A stretch of DNA of 63,488 nt, counting the filler, from Octopus bimaculoides (taxonomy: Eukaryota), in the NCBI RefSeq assembly GCF_001194135.2. It is 4 parts of 4 records of this genome, joined end to end, with 100 filler letters (N's around TTAATTAATTAA, not from the genome) between each part and the next. Parts side by side here need not be neighbours in the genome. Positions count along the whole stretch, not along the records: positions 1 to 14,879 come from NC_069005.1; 3 more parts are not named here. The stretch is one strand, 5' to 3'. Both the position numbers and the translations under genes were made by a program. Position 1 is the first letter of the stretch; every line of letters begins with the position of its first letter. The notes under the pieces were generated by a model. It did no database searches, had not been told where the DNA came from, and saw nothing but the letters and a program-made list of their open reading frames with translations. Positions 1 to 12,041 of the stretch are shown piece by piece.

Positions 1-41
<41 letters not shown>

Positions 42-595
42 GCAGTATATCTTCATATCTATTTCTCTCTCTTTCATATATACACACACCTATTTACAGT
101 TCCGCTTATCCTTAGTATTACCAAACTCACACACGTATTTGTAAGTCTAAAAGTGTGCATGTATATAGACAGATGCTCACAAAGAAATTCAAAGATTAAC
201 ATGACGAATTCAAAGTGTGATAGCATTTACCTGGTTAATAGGGAAAAGGTAAAAAAAAAAAAAACAGAAAAAAAAGAATTACGAAGCAAACGAGGAAATT
301 TTTTGTAAGTGTGGGGGGTGGTGTCAGCAAATAAATAAAAAGACTAAATTAAGCTTTCCATAATTGACTCGGAAACAATTAATGAATATTTGAAGAAATT
401 CCTTATTTCACAAATGGACGTAAGTGTTACTGAATAGGGGCGGGGTAGAGGCTTGGTGGCAATCGAGCAGCGCCCTTTGGAAGTCAATAAAAACACACAA
501 AATATTTAAAAAAAAAAAGAAAGCCAGAGGAAATATTTACTAATTTTTTTTTTAGGGAGTCTGGGTGTATTTAATTTTCTGTGGCAATAACGTTA

Positions 596-790
596 GGCAG
601 CGATCCGGCAGTAATCGTTAGTACGCTTTCCGTCCGTCTTTACGTCGTGAGTTCAAATTCCGCCGAGGTCCACTTTAGCTTTTATCTTTTCGGGGTCGAT
701 AAAATAAGTACCAGTTGAGCAGTGGGGTCGATGTAATCGACTTAACCTCTCTCCTGAAACTGCTGGCCTTGTGTCAAAAATTGAGACTAA
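596..790 (+). mobile_element. SINE family A (A1 tail), diverged copy
   Basis: Has GAGTTCAAATTCCGCCGAGGTC (B-box-like), CGGGGTCGATAAAATAAGTACCAG and TGGGGTCGATGTAATCGACTT, as in the other A copies. Confidence 0.85.
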
Positions 791-798
791 TAAGGTCA

Positions 799-1037
799 GG
801 CGGCGAGCTGGCAGAATCGTTAGCACGCCGGGCGAAATGCTTAGCGTTATTTCGTTGGCCGTTACGTTCTGAGTTCAAATTCCACCGAGGTCGACTTTGC
901 CTTCCATCCTTTCAGGGTCGATAAATTAAGTACCAGTTACGCACTGGAGTCAATGTAATCGACTTAATCCTTTTGTCTGTCCTTGTTTATCCCCTCTATG
1001 TTTATTCCCCACCCCCTGTGGGTAATAAAGAAATAAG
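799..1037 (+). mobile_element. SINE family A (A2 tail), full length
   Basis: Head GGCGGCGAGCTGGCAGAATCGTTAGCACGCCGGGCGAAATGC, B-box-like GAGTTCAAATTCC, tail GTCTGTCCTTGTTT...CTGTGGGTAATAAAGAAATA. Confidence 0.9.
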
Positions 1038-1492
1038 AAGAGTTGTTAGAGCATCTGATGTAAGCGCTTTGTGCCATTTATTCCGGCTCCTTAAATACTG
1101 AGTTCATATCACGCCGCGATCAGATCTACTTTTTATTCCTCCGCGTTCTATAAAACAGTGTTGCAGTCAAGTACAGGAATGTATAGATGAATGGTTAAGA
1201 ATTCCCTTCTCCCAGTCAAAAGTTTGCGGGTTCGGTTCTGCTGTCAGCATCTCGAGCAAGCGTCACTTTCTATAGCTACAGTGAAAGAAATTGGATGAAC
1301 CTAATTGTCTTGCTCTCTCTTCTTAATAGCTGCTCGTCTTAGAGAAGTCTGCAGCAGACTGGCATCCCATCCCGGGGTTGGATATTGTCATCTTGGTCAC
1401 TAGTGTGCTGTGGAGGTCAAGTAATATGCATTAGTAGCTCAAGAACTCTTTGACAAAAGAAATGAACAAGCAAAAAAAAAAAAAAAAAATCA

Positions 1493-1618
1493 AAAACGTT
1501 CGCGTGCAGGATAAATTATCTTGCGGCTATTGTTTCAGCTCTTTACGTAGTGTGTTCAAATTCCACTGAGGTTAACTCTGCCTTTCATGCTTCTGAGGTC
1601 GATGAAATAATAAAGTAC
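1493..1618 (+). mobile_element. SINE family A, degenerate fragment
   Basis: GTTCAAATTCCACTGAGGTTAACTCTGCCTTTCATGCTTCTGAGGTCGAT matches the A body. Confidence 0.7.
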
Positions 1619-1633
1619 TTATATACATGTATA

Positions 1634-1671
<38 letters not shown>

Positions 1672-1874
1672 CATATATATATATTAGTAAACAAAAAATA
1701 TATATGCGTGTGTATATTATAGACCGAAAACACCCAACGCTGCACGGATCACCGGTCCGGGAGGGGGCTAGTCGATTACTTCGAATTCAGTAATTCACGT
1801 GTACTTTATTTTATCGAACACTGAATGCAGTTGACCTCGGTTGGGTTGGAACTGAAAACATAGAGTGCCGGAAG

Positions 1875-1908
<34 letters not shown>

Positions 1909-3027
1909 GTATGGTAAAGGCAAAACGGATAATGGAATATATGAGTATTTATTATTAATCACCAGAATTCTTTCGACGCATCTAGTATCGATTCCTCACG
2001 GGTGGGACACTCAAAAACTGGTTCAGGAGCATCCGGCGGTGCAGATGTATCTCGTCGGGTGGTAAATAAATACAACTCGTTAAAATAGCTGTTCTGCAAT
2101 GTATCTTCGTGACGTCCTGTGCCCACAGATGTNNNNNNNNNNNNNNNNNNNNNNNNNNNNNNNNNNNNNNNNNNNNNNNNNNNNNNNNNNNNNNNNNNNN
2201 NNNNNNNNNNNNNNNNNNNNNNNNNNNNNNNNNNNNNNNNNNNNNNNNNNNNNNNNNNNNNNNNNNNNNNNNNNNNNNNNNNNNNNNNNNNNNNNNNNNN
2301 NNNNNNNNNNNNNTATATATATATATATATATATATATCTACACATATATGTATATATATATATATATGTGTATATATGTATATATACATTTATGCACAC
2401 ACACGCACATAAGGATATTTATATATAATGTTGCGTAATATGAATAAGTTTAATATTTCAGATCTAAAAACGAGGGTGTATAATATTCAATATTCTCTAA
2501 GTACAACAATGAAACGAACATTTATTTTGATTATATTTGTTTAAATATGAAACATTTTCAGAATAACGAAATAAATCGTTATTAAAAGTGATGTTAATTA
2601 GGAGAATTAATTAATCTGGAGATGTTAAATGGAAGATGATATTAGTAATTTAATGTAGTAATTAATTAATTAAATGTGTAATCTAAAAGGTAAGTTTGGT
2701 AAACTATGAAAATTTTATGATGGAATGTAAGGATTATGAGTATAAAGTTTAATTCGGATATATGTATATATGTATGAGTGTATATATGTGTATGTATGTA
2801 TGTTTATACGTATGCATATATGCATATAAAAAAATATATATATGTATATATATATATATATATAATTTATATATTTGTATTTATGTATACATTTATATAT
2901 AAGTGTATATGTAAACATACAAATTACACACACACACACATATATATACATATATGCATATAAGTGTATCTCTCTCTCTATATATATATGTGTGTATATA
3001 AGTGCGTATATTTGCATATAAACTTAT

Positions 3028-3089
<62 letters not shown>

Positions 3090-3119
3090 TTTGTATGATC
3101 CTACCAAGATACAATAAGT

Positions 3120-3158
<39 letters not shown>

Positions 3159-3680
3159 GCTTCTCTCTCTCTCTCTCTCTCTCACATACAAACACACATA
3201 CACACGCATACTTACCCACACACAGACATACCTCCTCTCTTACTCTCTCTCTCTCTTACACTCACACCCACACTTGCTCATAGATTTCGCTGCATCAGTC
3301 ATGTTTGCTCCACGAAAATGCTCAGATCTCAGATGTATAATAGATGTGTGTGTTGTCGTATGCAAGTAATGTCGTGTGTGTGTGTGATGCAAATCGGTTT
3401 TGATAAATATATAATACAATGAGAAGTGACCTTATCAGGGGTCGACGTTACATACATATGTGTATGACCAGAAGCTGGGATCGACTTGGCTGTTCATTAA
3501 TATACAATTAACTTTGGGTTTTAATGAGGCGAGGGAGAGAGAGGGAATGAAAGTCGATATTCGTTGGTCTAACGTTTGCTACAGCAAAAGAAAAAAGAAA
3601 GAAAAAACACAGAGAAGGCTAAACATATAATATACAATAAAATATTCTTTTCTACTCTAAGCACAATGCCCGTAATTTTT

Positions 3681-3804
3681 GGGGAGAGAGCCAGTCGATA
3701 CTGGTACTTAATTTATCGATCCCGAAAGGATATAAGCGAAAGTCGACCTCTGCAGAATTTGAACTCAGAACGTAAAGACAGACGAAATACCGCTAAGCAT
3801 TTCG
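3681..3804 (-). mobile_element. SINE family A, head-truncated
   Basis: Reverse complement of the A body: CTGGTACTTAATTTATCGATCCCGAAAGG...GAATTTGAACTCAGAACGTAAAGACAGACGAAATACCGCTAAGCATTTCG. Confidence 0.9.
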
Positions 3805-3805
3805 C

Positions 3806-3980
3806 GTGGCTTAGTGGTTAGGGTCTCAGCATCATGATCCTAAGATTGTGGTTTCAATTCCTGGACCAGGCGACGCGTTGTGTTCTTGAGCAAAACACTT
3901 CATTTCACTTTGCTCCAGTTTACTCAACTGGGAAAAATGAGTAACGCTGCGATGGACTGCAGCCCCGTCCAGCTGGAAAA
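3806..3980 (+). mobile_element. SINE family C (tRNA-derived head)
   Basis: A-box TGGCTTAGTGG, B-box-like GTTTCAATTCC, then TGTGTTCTTGAGCAAAACACTT and GCTGCGATGGACTGCAGCCCCGTCCAG. Related heads at 10085, 24979, 34342 and 59953. Confidence 0.8.
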
Positions 3981-4207
3981 CACATACGCCATTGAAACCG
4001 GGAAATCNNNNNNNNNNNNNNNNNNNNNNNNNNNNNNNNNNNNNNNNNNNNNNNNNNNNNNNNNNNNNNNNNNNNNNNNNNNNNNNNNNNNNNNNNNNNN
4101 NNNNNNNNNNNNNNNNNNNNNNNNNNNNNNNNNNNNNNNNNNNNNNNNNNNNNNNNNNNNNNNNNNNNNNNNNNNNNNNNNNNNNNNTATATATATGTAA
4201 TTATTAA

Positions 4208-4419
4208 GGCGGTGAGCTGGCAGAAACGTTAGCACGCAGGGTGAAATGTTTAGCGGTATTTCGTCTGTCTTTACGTTCTGCGTTCAAATTCCGCCGAGGT
4301 CGACTTTGCCTTTCATGCTTTCGGGGTCGATTAATTAAGTACTAGCTGCGTACTGGAGTTAATCTAATCGACTGTTCCCTCCCCCAAAATTTCGGGCCTT
4401 GTGCCTAGAGTAGAAAAGA
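4208..4419 (+). mobile_element. SINE family A (A1 tail), full length
   Basis: Head GGCGGTGAGCTGGCAGAAACG, tail CCCCCAAAATTTCGGGCCTTGTGCCTAGAGTAGAAAAG, followed by ATTATTATT. Confidence 0.9.
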
Positions 4420-4609
4420 TTATTATTGTTATTATTTAAAACACTTTAGTAGGCTCGTTACGATCTAGGTTCCTGTGACGAGCCTGCAAAACTGTAAGTC
4501 GCATGGCGCCGAAACGAACTGTTATAACTCCTTCTGAAAGTGTTGAGTACCCCTTTCTTTCGTTTGTCCATGCACCTCTATACGTGTGTATGAGTGGGGA
4601 GATATATGT

Positions 4610-4800
4610 GTGTGTGTGTGTGTGTTTTTGTACTCTGCTTGAAAACCGGCGTTGGTTTGTTTACGTCCATTACGACAATAAGACGGATACAATAAATATC
4701 AGACTTAAATATATAAAAATTTGGGGAGGATTTGTTCGACTAAAATTCTTCAAAAGTCGTGCTGCAGCCTGGCTAAAGTCTAATGACTTAAGTAAATGAT
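4610..4800 (+). mobile_element. SINE family B, 3' half, degenerate
   Basis: GCTTGAAAACCGGCGTTGGTTTGTTTACGTCC...GATTTGTTCGACTAAA...GTGCTGCAGCCTGGC...GTCTAATGACT resembles the B 3' half. Confidence 0.65.
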
Positions 4801-4854
4801 AAAAAATGATAAAAAAAAAAAAAAAGAAATCAATGACCCTTGGGTAGAATATCT

Positions 4855-4975
4855 GACCACATGCGTGGACTACATTAAATTCACTGAAAAACCAGGTTCA
4901 CTGAATTAACGTGTAGATGGCTGAGTATTCCACAGATACGTGTGACCTTAATGTAATACTTTGGTAGAACGAGCA
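4855..4975 (-). mobile_element. SINE family D 3'-domain fragment
   Basis: AATTAACGTGTAGATGGCTGAGTATTCCACAGATACGTGTGACCTTAATGTA matches 46766-46820. Confidence 0.65.
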
Positions 4976-5029
4976 TAGTACTGTACCTGACATAACTGAA
5001 CACTTAAATTAAAGGTTCAATCCTTGTTA

Positions 5030-5195
5030 TGGGCTTCCGTACAGTTTCCGTCTACCCAGTTATTTTTTTTTACAATGTATGGGTCAAACGCTGGCTGTAG
5101 AAAATGGAAAATGGCACTTGCCCATAACGCCTGGAGCAGAACCGAAACCGGGACTTCTTGATTAGAAAACAAACTTCTAAACCATTTAGAAATAC
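5030..5195 (-). mobile_element. SINE family B, 5' half, degenerate
   Basis: GGGCTTCCGTACAGTTTCCGTCTACC...CACTTGCCCA...GAACCGAAACC resembles the reverse of the B head and core. Confidence 0.6.
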
Positions 5196-5316
5196 TTCAC
5201 TTACAATAGGACGATAACTTTAAATTAAACTGACATGTCTAATGACAGTAATTGTAGATATACTGTCTGTCTATCTATCTATCTATCTATCCATCCATAG
5301 ATACATATACACACAT

Positions 5317-5364
<48 letters not shown>

Positions 5365-5411
5365 CTACGTATATATATGTGTGTATACGCTAACATATAT
5401 ACCCGCAAACA

Positions 5412-5480
<69 letters not shown>

Positions 5481-6329
5481 CTGCATGTACGTATATGTCT
5501 TACACACACACATACATATGTATACACGCCTACATACATACCTAGAAACGTGTATATATGTGTTTAAATATTCATATATATATGTAATACATATATGTAT
5601 GTAATGCATAAATATAAAATAATACACAATATTTATGTTTAGCGCTAATTAAACCGACCGGAAGAGCCATCCTTACTCTCCAATTGCCATCCCTTCGCAT
5701 CGCCCCCTTCTCATCCCTTCAAACCTCATGTTCATCGACAGCTGGTAACAGTAGTATTTCTCAGAAGGGCAGATGAAGGGTCGGCGCTGGTGTAGACTGG
5801 GTGGGGGAAGAGGGTTGTGCATTTAGCAAAGCTGAGTGGGTGAGGTGGGGTTGCGTGTACGTAGGAGAGAGTTGGTCTTATCTCAAACGACTTTGAAAGT
5901 TAACGTTCTAATTAATATAGAATAAACTTTATTAAACCTAGATAAATTATCTGATTAACGAATGAATTGCAAACCATCCGCCAGTCCTGCTTTTTCATCA
6001 ATGTCATAACTTCGTCTATTTTTTTTGTAATTTTTTTACTAATTATTATTATTTTTTTTTACTTTATATATTATGTATTTGTTGTCTTTTTTTTTGTTAA
6101 TTATTTTCCCTTCATCTTTGTTTTTTGTGGATGCATAGTTTTAGTTGTTGTTTTTCTTGTTGTTGCAGTTGTTGTTGTTGATTGTGATGCTGGCGGTGGG
6201 AGTGATGGTGGCTGTGGTGGTAGTGGTGGTGGTGGGAGATTTGTGATTGCGTTGCTTCTCGGCGACTTTTCGATTATGCTCTCATACAGACATGTACGCA
6301 TACATGCTTATATACATATACACCATGTA

Positions 6330-6731
6330 TATATACACATATATACATATATATATGTGTGCATATACATGTATTTATATGCATATATATTTGTATGTAT
6401 ACATATATATGTATATATATATACATATATATGTATATATATATACATATATATATATGTCTATGTATATATGTGTATATATATATGTATATATATATGT
6501 ATATATATGTATATATGTGTATGTATATATGTGTATATATATATGTATATATATGTATATATGTGTATGTATATATGTGTATATATATATATGTATGTAT
6601 ATATGTGTATATATATATATGTATATATATATGTATATATATGTATATATGTGTATATATATTGTGTGTATACGTATATATATATATATATAAATTTATA
6701 TATGNNNNNNNNNNNNNNNNNNNNNNNNNNN

Positions 6732-6790
<59 letters not shown>
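6330..6790. repeat. Long degenerate (TA)/(TG) dinucleotide array
   Basis: About 460 bp of TATATG/TATGTG variants ending in (TG)n, with a 26-N gap. Confidence 0.95.
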
Positions 6791-6792
<2 letters not shown>

Positions 6793-7339
6793 GAATATGG
6801 ACATACCGGATAACTAGGATAAACTCCAGCCTAACCGTTTAGTTCCTACGTACGTTTCACCATTGTAGTTATTTAGAACTAATCATTGGGTTATATTTAT
6901 GTTTGTGAATGTGTCTTTGCGTGCGTACGTACGTGCGTGTGTGCGTGCGAGAGTATGCGTGTGTTCGTGTCTGTGTCAATATATGTGTATATATATATGT
7001 ATATGTGCGTGTGTGTTTGCGTGTGTATGTGTGTATTCCTGTATGGAGTGAGAAATGCATACATGCATATGTATTCATAATTGCATATGATATTGCGCTC
7101 GCGCGTTTACCTATCTGTCTTCATCTTCAGTGTATCTTGCCTGTGAGAGCGCGCGTGCACTTGTTTGTGTGTGTGTGAATGGGTGTGTATGTGTGTGTGT
7201 GGGGGTGCATGTATGTATTTTGTGTGCGCCAGCTGCGTCTGCGAGTTTTTGCCGTTTTTTGTATTTGTTGTATTCTTGTAGAAGCGTTCATATTTGTCGT
7301 CGTTGTTGTTGCTGTGAATGTTTTCTCTTATCTTTTTAA

Positions 7340-7760
7340 GTCTATTAATCGCTTCACTCATTGAACTGCGGCCATACTGGGGCACCGGTTTGGAGGGGTT
7401 TTCAGTTGAATACATCGATCCCCGTATTTAAAGTCTGGTACTTATTCTATCGGTCACCTTTTGGAGAACAACAAGCGCTACGGAGACATAATCAAACCAG
7501 CACCGGCTGTCAAGCAGCGCAGGGAGCAGAGACTNNNNNNNNNNACACACACACACACAGAGGATATGGAAGATTATTTCTACCACATGGAACAACCCCC
7601 ACACACATACACACATTCATTTATGTACTATGAGCTTCTTTCAGTTTCCGTCTACCAAATTCGCTCACAATGCTTTGGCCAGCCCGAAGCTATTGTAGAA
7701 GACACTTATCCACGGCGTCACGCAGTGGGATCGAACCCGGGACCATGTGGTTGGGTTGAG
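7340..7760 (-). mobile_element. SINE family B, near full length
   Basis: GACTGCGGCCATACTGGGGCACCG...CCGGCTGTCAAGC, an internal (CA)n with a gap, then CTTTCAGTTTCCGTCTACCAAATT...GTAGAAGACACTT...GGATCGAACCCGGGACCATGTGGTTGG. Confidence 0.85.
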
Positions 7761-8583
7761 TTTCATTCTTGCGCCTGACTTTTATTTTTGTTTTGATAAT
7801 TAGTTTCCTTTTCTTTTGTTGTTGTTGTTGTTATTGTTGATGTTGTTACGCTTATGTCTGGGTGCGATTTATGTCGCTGCTGCTTCTGCTGCCGCTGTTG
7901 CTGCTGTTAGTGCAGCCGTTGCTTCTGCTTCGTGCATCTGTTCAAGTTGCAACACTAGATATCACATACTGCATTTGCCGTTGCCATTGACTCCCCTGCT
8001 GTTGCAGTTAATTCTGCAGTTAATGCTACTGTTGCAGTTAATACTGCACAACACACATACACACACACACACACACACAGTTTACTACAGCTACTACCAG
8101 TGCCGAAGCAATGACTATTGCTACGACGACGAAGACCACCACCACCACCACCACCACCACTACCACGACTATAATCACNNNNNNNNNNNNNNNNNNNNNN
8201 NNNNNNNNNNNNNNNNNNNNNNNNNNNNNNNNNNNNNNNNNNNNNNNNNNNNNNNNNNNNNNNNNNNNNNNNNNNNNNNNNNNNNNNNNNNNCCACTACC
8301 ATCATCATCACCACCACCACCACCACCTTTACCACCACCACCACTACTACTTCTGCCGCTGCTTCCGCTCTCTCTCTCTCTCTCTCTCTCTCTCATGTAA
8401 CATTTTTTCCTCCATCAACCTGTTGTCTTTCGATGCAATTTCTGCTGCCGTCGCCATTTTTTACAGTCCGATGCAGTTGCTATTGTTGTTACTGATGCCT
8501 TTGTTGTTGCTGTTGTTGGTCTTTAACTTATCGGTGCAATCATATTGTTTGTGTTCCTATTGTTGTCATGTGTGCTGCTGCTA

Positions 8584-8770
8584 GGGCGGCGAAAATGCTT
8601 CGCGATATTTCGTTTCTTTTTTTCTTTTTTACGTTCTGAGTTCAAATTCCGCCGAGGTCGACTTTACCTTTCATCCTTTCGGGGTCGAAAAAATAAGTAC
8701 CAGTTGACTACTGGGGTCGATCTAATCGCCTAGCCCCCTCCTCCAAAATTTCAGGTGTTGTAGAAATGAT
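8584..8770 (+). mobile_element. SINE family A (A1) with head deletion and (ATT)n tail
   Basis: GGGCGGCGAAAATGCTT...GAGTTCAAATTCCGCCGAGGTCGACTTT...CTGGGGTCGATCTAATCG, followed by (ATT)n. Confidence 0.85.
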
Positions 8771-8799
8771 TATTATTATTATTATTATTATTACCACTG

Positions 8800-9030
8800 A
8801 GGTGGCTAGTTGGCAGCATCGTTAGTACGCCGGACGAAATGATTAACGCTATTTCGTCCGTTTTTACGTTCAGTGTTCAAATTCCGCCCAGGTCTGTTTT
8901 GCCTTTCATGCTTTCAGGGGCGATAAGATAAATACCAGTTGAGCACTTGGTCAATGGAAATAGACTAACCATCCCCATAGAAAAAAAGAGAAGAAAAAAC
9001 TCCAGGCTTCCTGCTTGTTGTAGTAGAAAA
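8800..9030 (+). mobile_element. SINE family A, diverged copy
   Basis: GGTGGCTAGTTGGCAGCATCGTTAGTACGCCGGACGAAATG...GTTCAAATTCCGCCCAGGTC...TACCAGTTGAGCACTTGGTC. Confidence 0.8.
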
Positions 9031-10084
9031 AAATTATCGTTGCTTTTGTCGATGTTTTAATTTAGTGGATGCAGTAGGTGCCGTTCTTCTGGCCAAGCTC
9101 TACCCCGATCTTGGAGAACTATAACTAAATAACCAAGGTTCTTCCAGTTGTGGCCATCTCATCTTTTTTCGTATATCGAATACCAACCACATTGTTCACT
9201 GCATCCTTTCCTTGCTTGAATTACATTAAGTGTGACAATTGAGGTAGACTTACGTATTATTACTTGTAAATAGCTGGGCCTCGTAGAGGCCCCTCAGTAG
9301 AGTTTCTGGCTATTGTCGCTGTTATCATTGAAACAGTTATTAGTTGGTTTCAACGTGCATCTCGCAGATGTTGTGGGATTCATCGTCAGCGATATTTCTA
9401 AGGTCTCAGTGCGGTTTCGGGTTTTTCCACATGAGACCCAATTCGCCCAGTTAACGCAGCAAGGATTGTTGATGTCCTAACGTGCGTCCCAGAAGCAGCA
9501 AACCACCGCTCTGTTCTCTGTTAAAGCCACCTAGTGGCCTTCCCTGCGGGTTGACTGATGGAATCTATGACAGCCATTTTTTAATTGTTAATATTTAACT
9601 ATTTGGAACAACAGCTGTTGTTATCAATGTTGTTTGGCCCCCAGGTAATTCTTGTCTAAGCAATCCTGTGGTGGAAATATCCACAATCCTTTTTATTCAG
9701 ACAAAATGCTGTGAAGTACATTATTATACGATGTCTAAATTATTTTGCTTGCGGTAATAACCTATGCTTTGAAGAAAATTAACTGGTTATTTCTACCACA
9801 AGGAACGACCACATTGAGACATGCACTTCAAGCTTAAAAAATGTACTGGGTTAGAACAAATCGGTACCAGTTCTTGTTTTAAGTCTGACGAACATTCTAT
9901 CGGTCTCTTGTTGCTGAACTGCTATATTACAGAGACGTAAAGCTATCTCACCGGTTGTCAAGCGGTGTGGGGGAGAAACAGAAACACAAAGATACATACA
10001 CACGCACAGTCAGGTACACACACACACACACACATACATACATACACACACAGACACCAATATATATATATATATAATATATAT

Positions 10085-10345
10085 ATGGTTAGGATGTTCC
10101 ACTCACGATGTCGAGAACGTGGGTTCGATTCCCAGACCGGGCGTTACGTTGTGTTCTTGAGCAAAGCACTTCACGTTGTTCTGCGGTCATTTCGTCACAT
10201 GACATGTGGCACATGGTACACTTGTACAGGTAATGTTGATTTGATGGAGGAAGTGAGTTTATGTGATCACAAACATTTGATCACTATAAACAGATCCTGT
10301 GTGGTTGCCGAATCCTCGTACGTCGTCTAACGACGGGAGAGTCAA
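10085..10345 (+). mobile_element. SINE family C/D-type, full length
   Basis: TGGTTAGGATGTTCCACTCACGAT...GGGTTCGATTCCCAGACCGGGCG (B box), TGTGTTCTTGAGCAAAGCACTT, terminal hairpin CGTCGT-CTA-ACGACG. Confidence 0.75.
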
Positions 10346-10353
10346 TGGTATAT

Positions 10354-10388
<35 letters not shown>

Positions 10389-11353
10389 NNNNNNNNNNNN
10401 NNNNNNNNNNNNNNNNNNNNNNNNNNNNNNNNNNNNNNNNNNNNNNNNNNNNNNNNNNNNNNNNNNNNNNNNNNNNNNNNNNNNNNNNNNNNNNNNNNNN
10501 NNNNNNNNNNNNNNNNNNNNNNNNNNNNNNNNNNNNNNNNNNNNNNNNNNNNNNNNNNNNNNNNNNNNNNNNNNNNNNNNNNNNNNNNNNNNNNNNNNNN
10601 NNNNNNNNNNNNNNNNNNNNNNNNNNNNNNNNNNNNNNNNNNNNNNNNNNNNNNNNNNNNNNNNNNNNNNNNNNNNNNNNNNNNNNNNNNNNNNNNNNNN
10701 NNNNNNNNNNNNNNNNNNNNNNNNNNNNNNNNNNNNNNNNNNNNNNNNNNNNNNNNNNNNNNNNNNNNNNNNNNNNNNNNNNNNNNNNNNNNNNNNNNNN
10801 NNNNNNNNNNNNNNNNNNNNNNNNNNNNNNNNNNNNNNNNNNNNNNNNNNNNNNNNNNNNNNNNNNNNNNNNNNNNNNNNNNNNNNNNNNNNNNNNNNNN
10901 NNNNNNNNNNNNNNNNNNNNNNNNNNNNNNNNNNNNNNNNNNNNNNNNNNNNNNNNNNNNNNNNNNNNNNNNNNNNNNNNNNNNNNNNNNNNNNNNNNNN
11001 NNNNNNNNNNNNNNNNNNNNNNNNNNNNNNNNNNNNNNNNNNNNNNNNNNNNNNNNNNNNNNNNNNNNNNNNNNNNNNNNNNNNNNNNNNNNNNNNNNNN
11101 NNNNNNNNNNNNNNNNNNNNNNNNNNNNNNNNNNNNNNNNNNNNNNNNNNNNNNNNNNNNNNNNNNNNNNNNNNNNNNNNNNNNNNNNNNNNNNNNNNNN
11201 NNNNNNNNNNNNNNNNNNNNNNNNNNNNNNNNNNNNNNNNNNNNNNNNNNNNNNNNNNNNNNNNNNNNNNNNNNNNNNNNNNNNNNNNNNNNNNNNNNNN
11301 NNNNNNNNNNNNNNNNNNNNNNNNNNNNNNNNNNNNNNNNNNNNNNNNNNNNN

Positions 11354-11374
<21 letters not shown>

Positions 11375-11384
<10 letters not shown>

Positions 11385-11545
11385 TGTCTCTATCCACACT
11401 GTTTGACGGCCGGTGTTTGTGTGTTTACGTCTCTGTAACCTAGCAGTTCGGCAAATGATGAAAGAATAAATACTGGCATCGATTCTTTCGACTGAAATTC
11501 TTCAAGGCAGTGCTGCAGCATGGCCACAATCAAATGACTGAAACA
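11375..11545 (+). mobile_element. SINE family B, 3' half
   Basis: GTTTGACGGCCGGTGTTTGTGTGTTTACGTCTCTGTAACCTAGCAGTTCGGCAAA...GTGCTGCAGCATGGCCAC, following (TG)n. Confidence 0.75.
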
Positions 11546-11880
11546 ACGTAACTACATGTCGATCGTTGGCTATTTTTCTTCCTCCGTCTTCCTTTTCTTA
11601 TGCACTTTCCATTGTCTCCTGTTTCTGAAGAAGAGCGTTGCTCGAATCGTGAAACCACCTTTCTTTCCTTCCCTGAGAGTCTGCTAATACTTTGCATGTA
11701 CCACATCATTACGTTATTGTTTTTTCTTGTTGTATGTTTTCTTCGTTTTTTTTTGGGGGGGGGAGGGGAGGTTATATATATATATATATAGTGGGGGATG
11801 TATGTATGTATGTATGTATGTATGTATGTATATGTGTCCACAATCATGAGGTCGTGGATCAAAATCCCAGAGTATACTCA

Positions 11881-12026
11881 TCGTTATTTCGTCCGTCTTT
11901 ACATTCTGGATTCAAATTCCACGGAGGTCGACTTTGTCATTCTTCCTTTCAGAGTCGATAAAAGGGGGTATTGAGGTTGATCCCCGTCCTCTTGAAAATT
12001 GCTGGCCTTGTGCTAACATTTGAAAG
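11881..12026 (+). mobile_element. SINE family A fragment
   Basis: TATTTCGTCCGTCTTTACATTCTGGATTCAAATTCCACGGAGGTCGACTTTGTC...GCTGGCCTTGTGC. Confidence 0.75.
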
Positions 12027-12041
12027 TTTATTATATATTGG

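Noticed and set aside
5690-5790. CCCTTC/GAAGGG imperfect inverted repeat in a GC-richer island
   Set aside because: Short low-complexity matches expected between pyrimidine- and purine-rich tracts.
9060-9760. Possible ancient R4/Dong RT fragment on the minus strand (ILSE*KG... scraps)
   Set aside because: Only short, frame-hopping resemblances; not supportable without a profile search.
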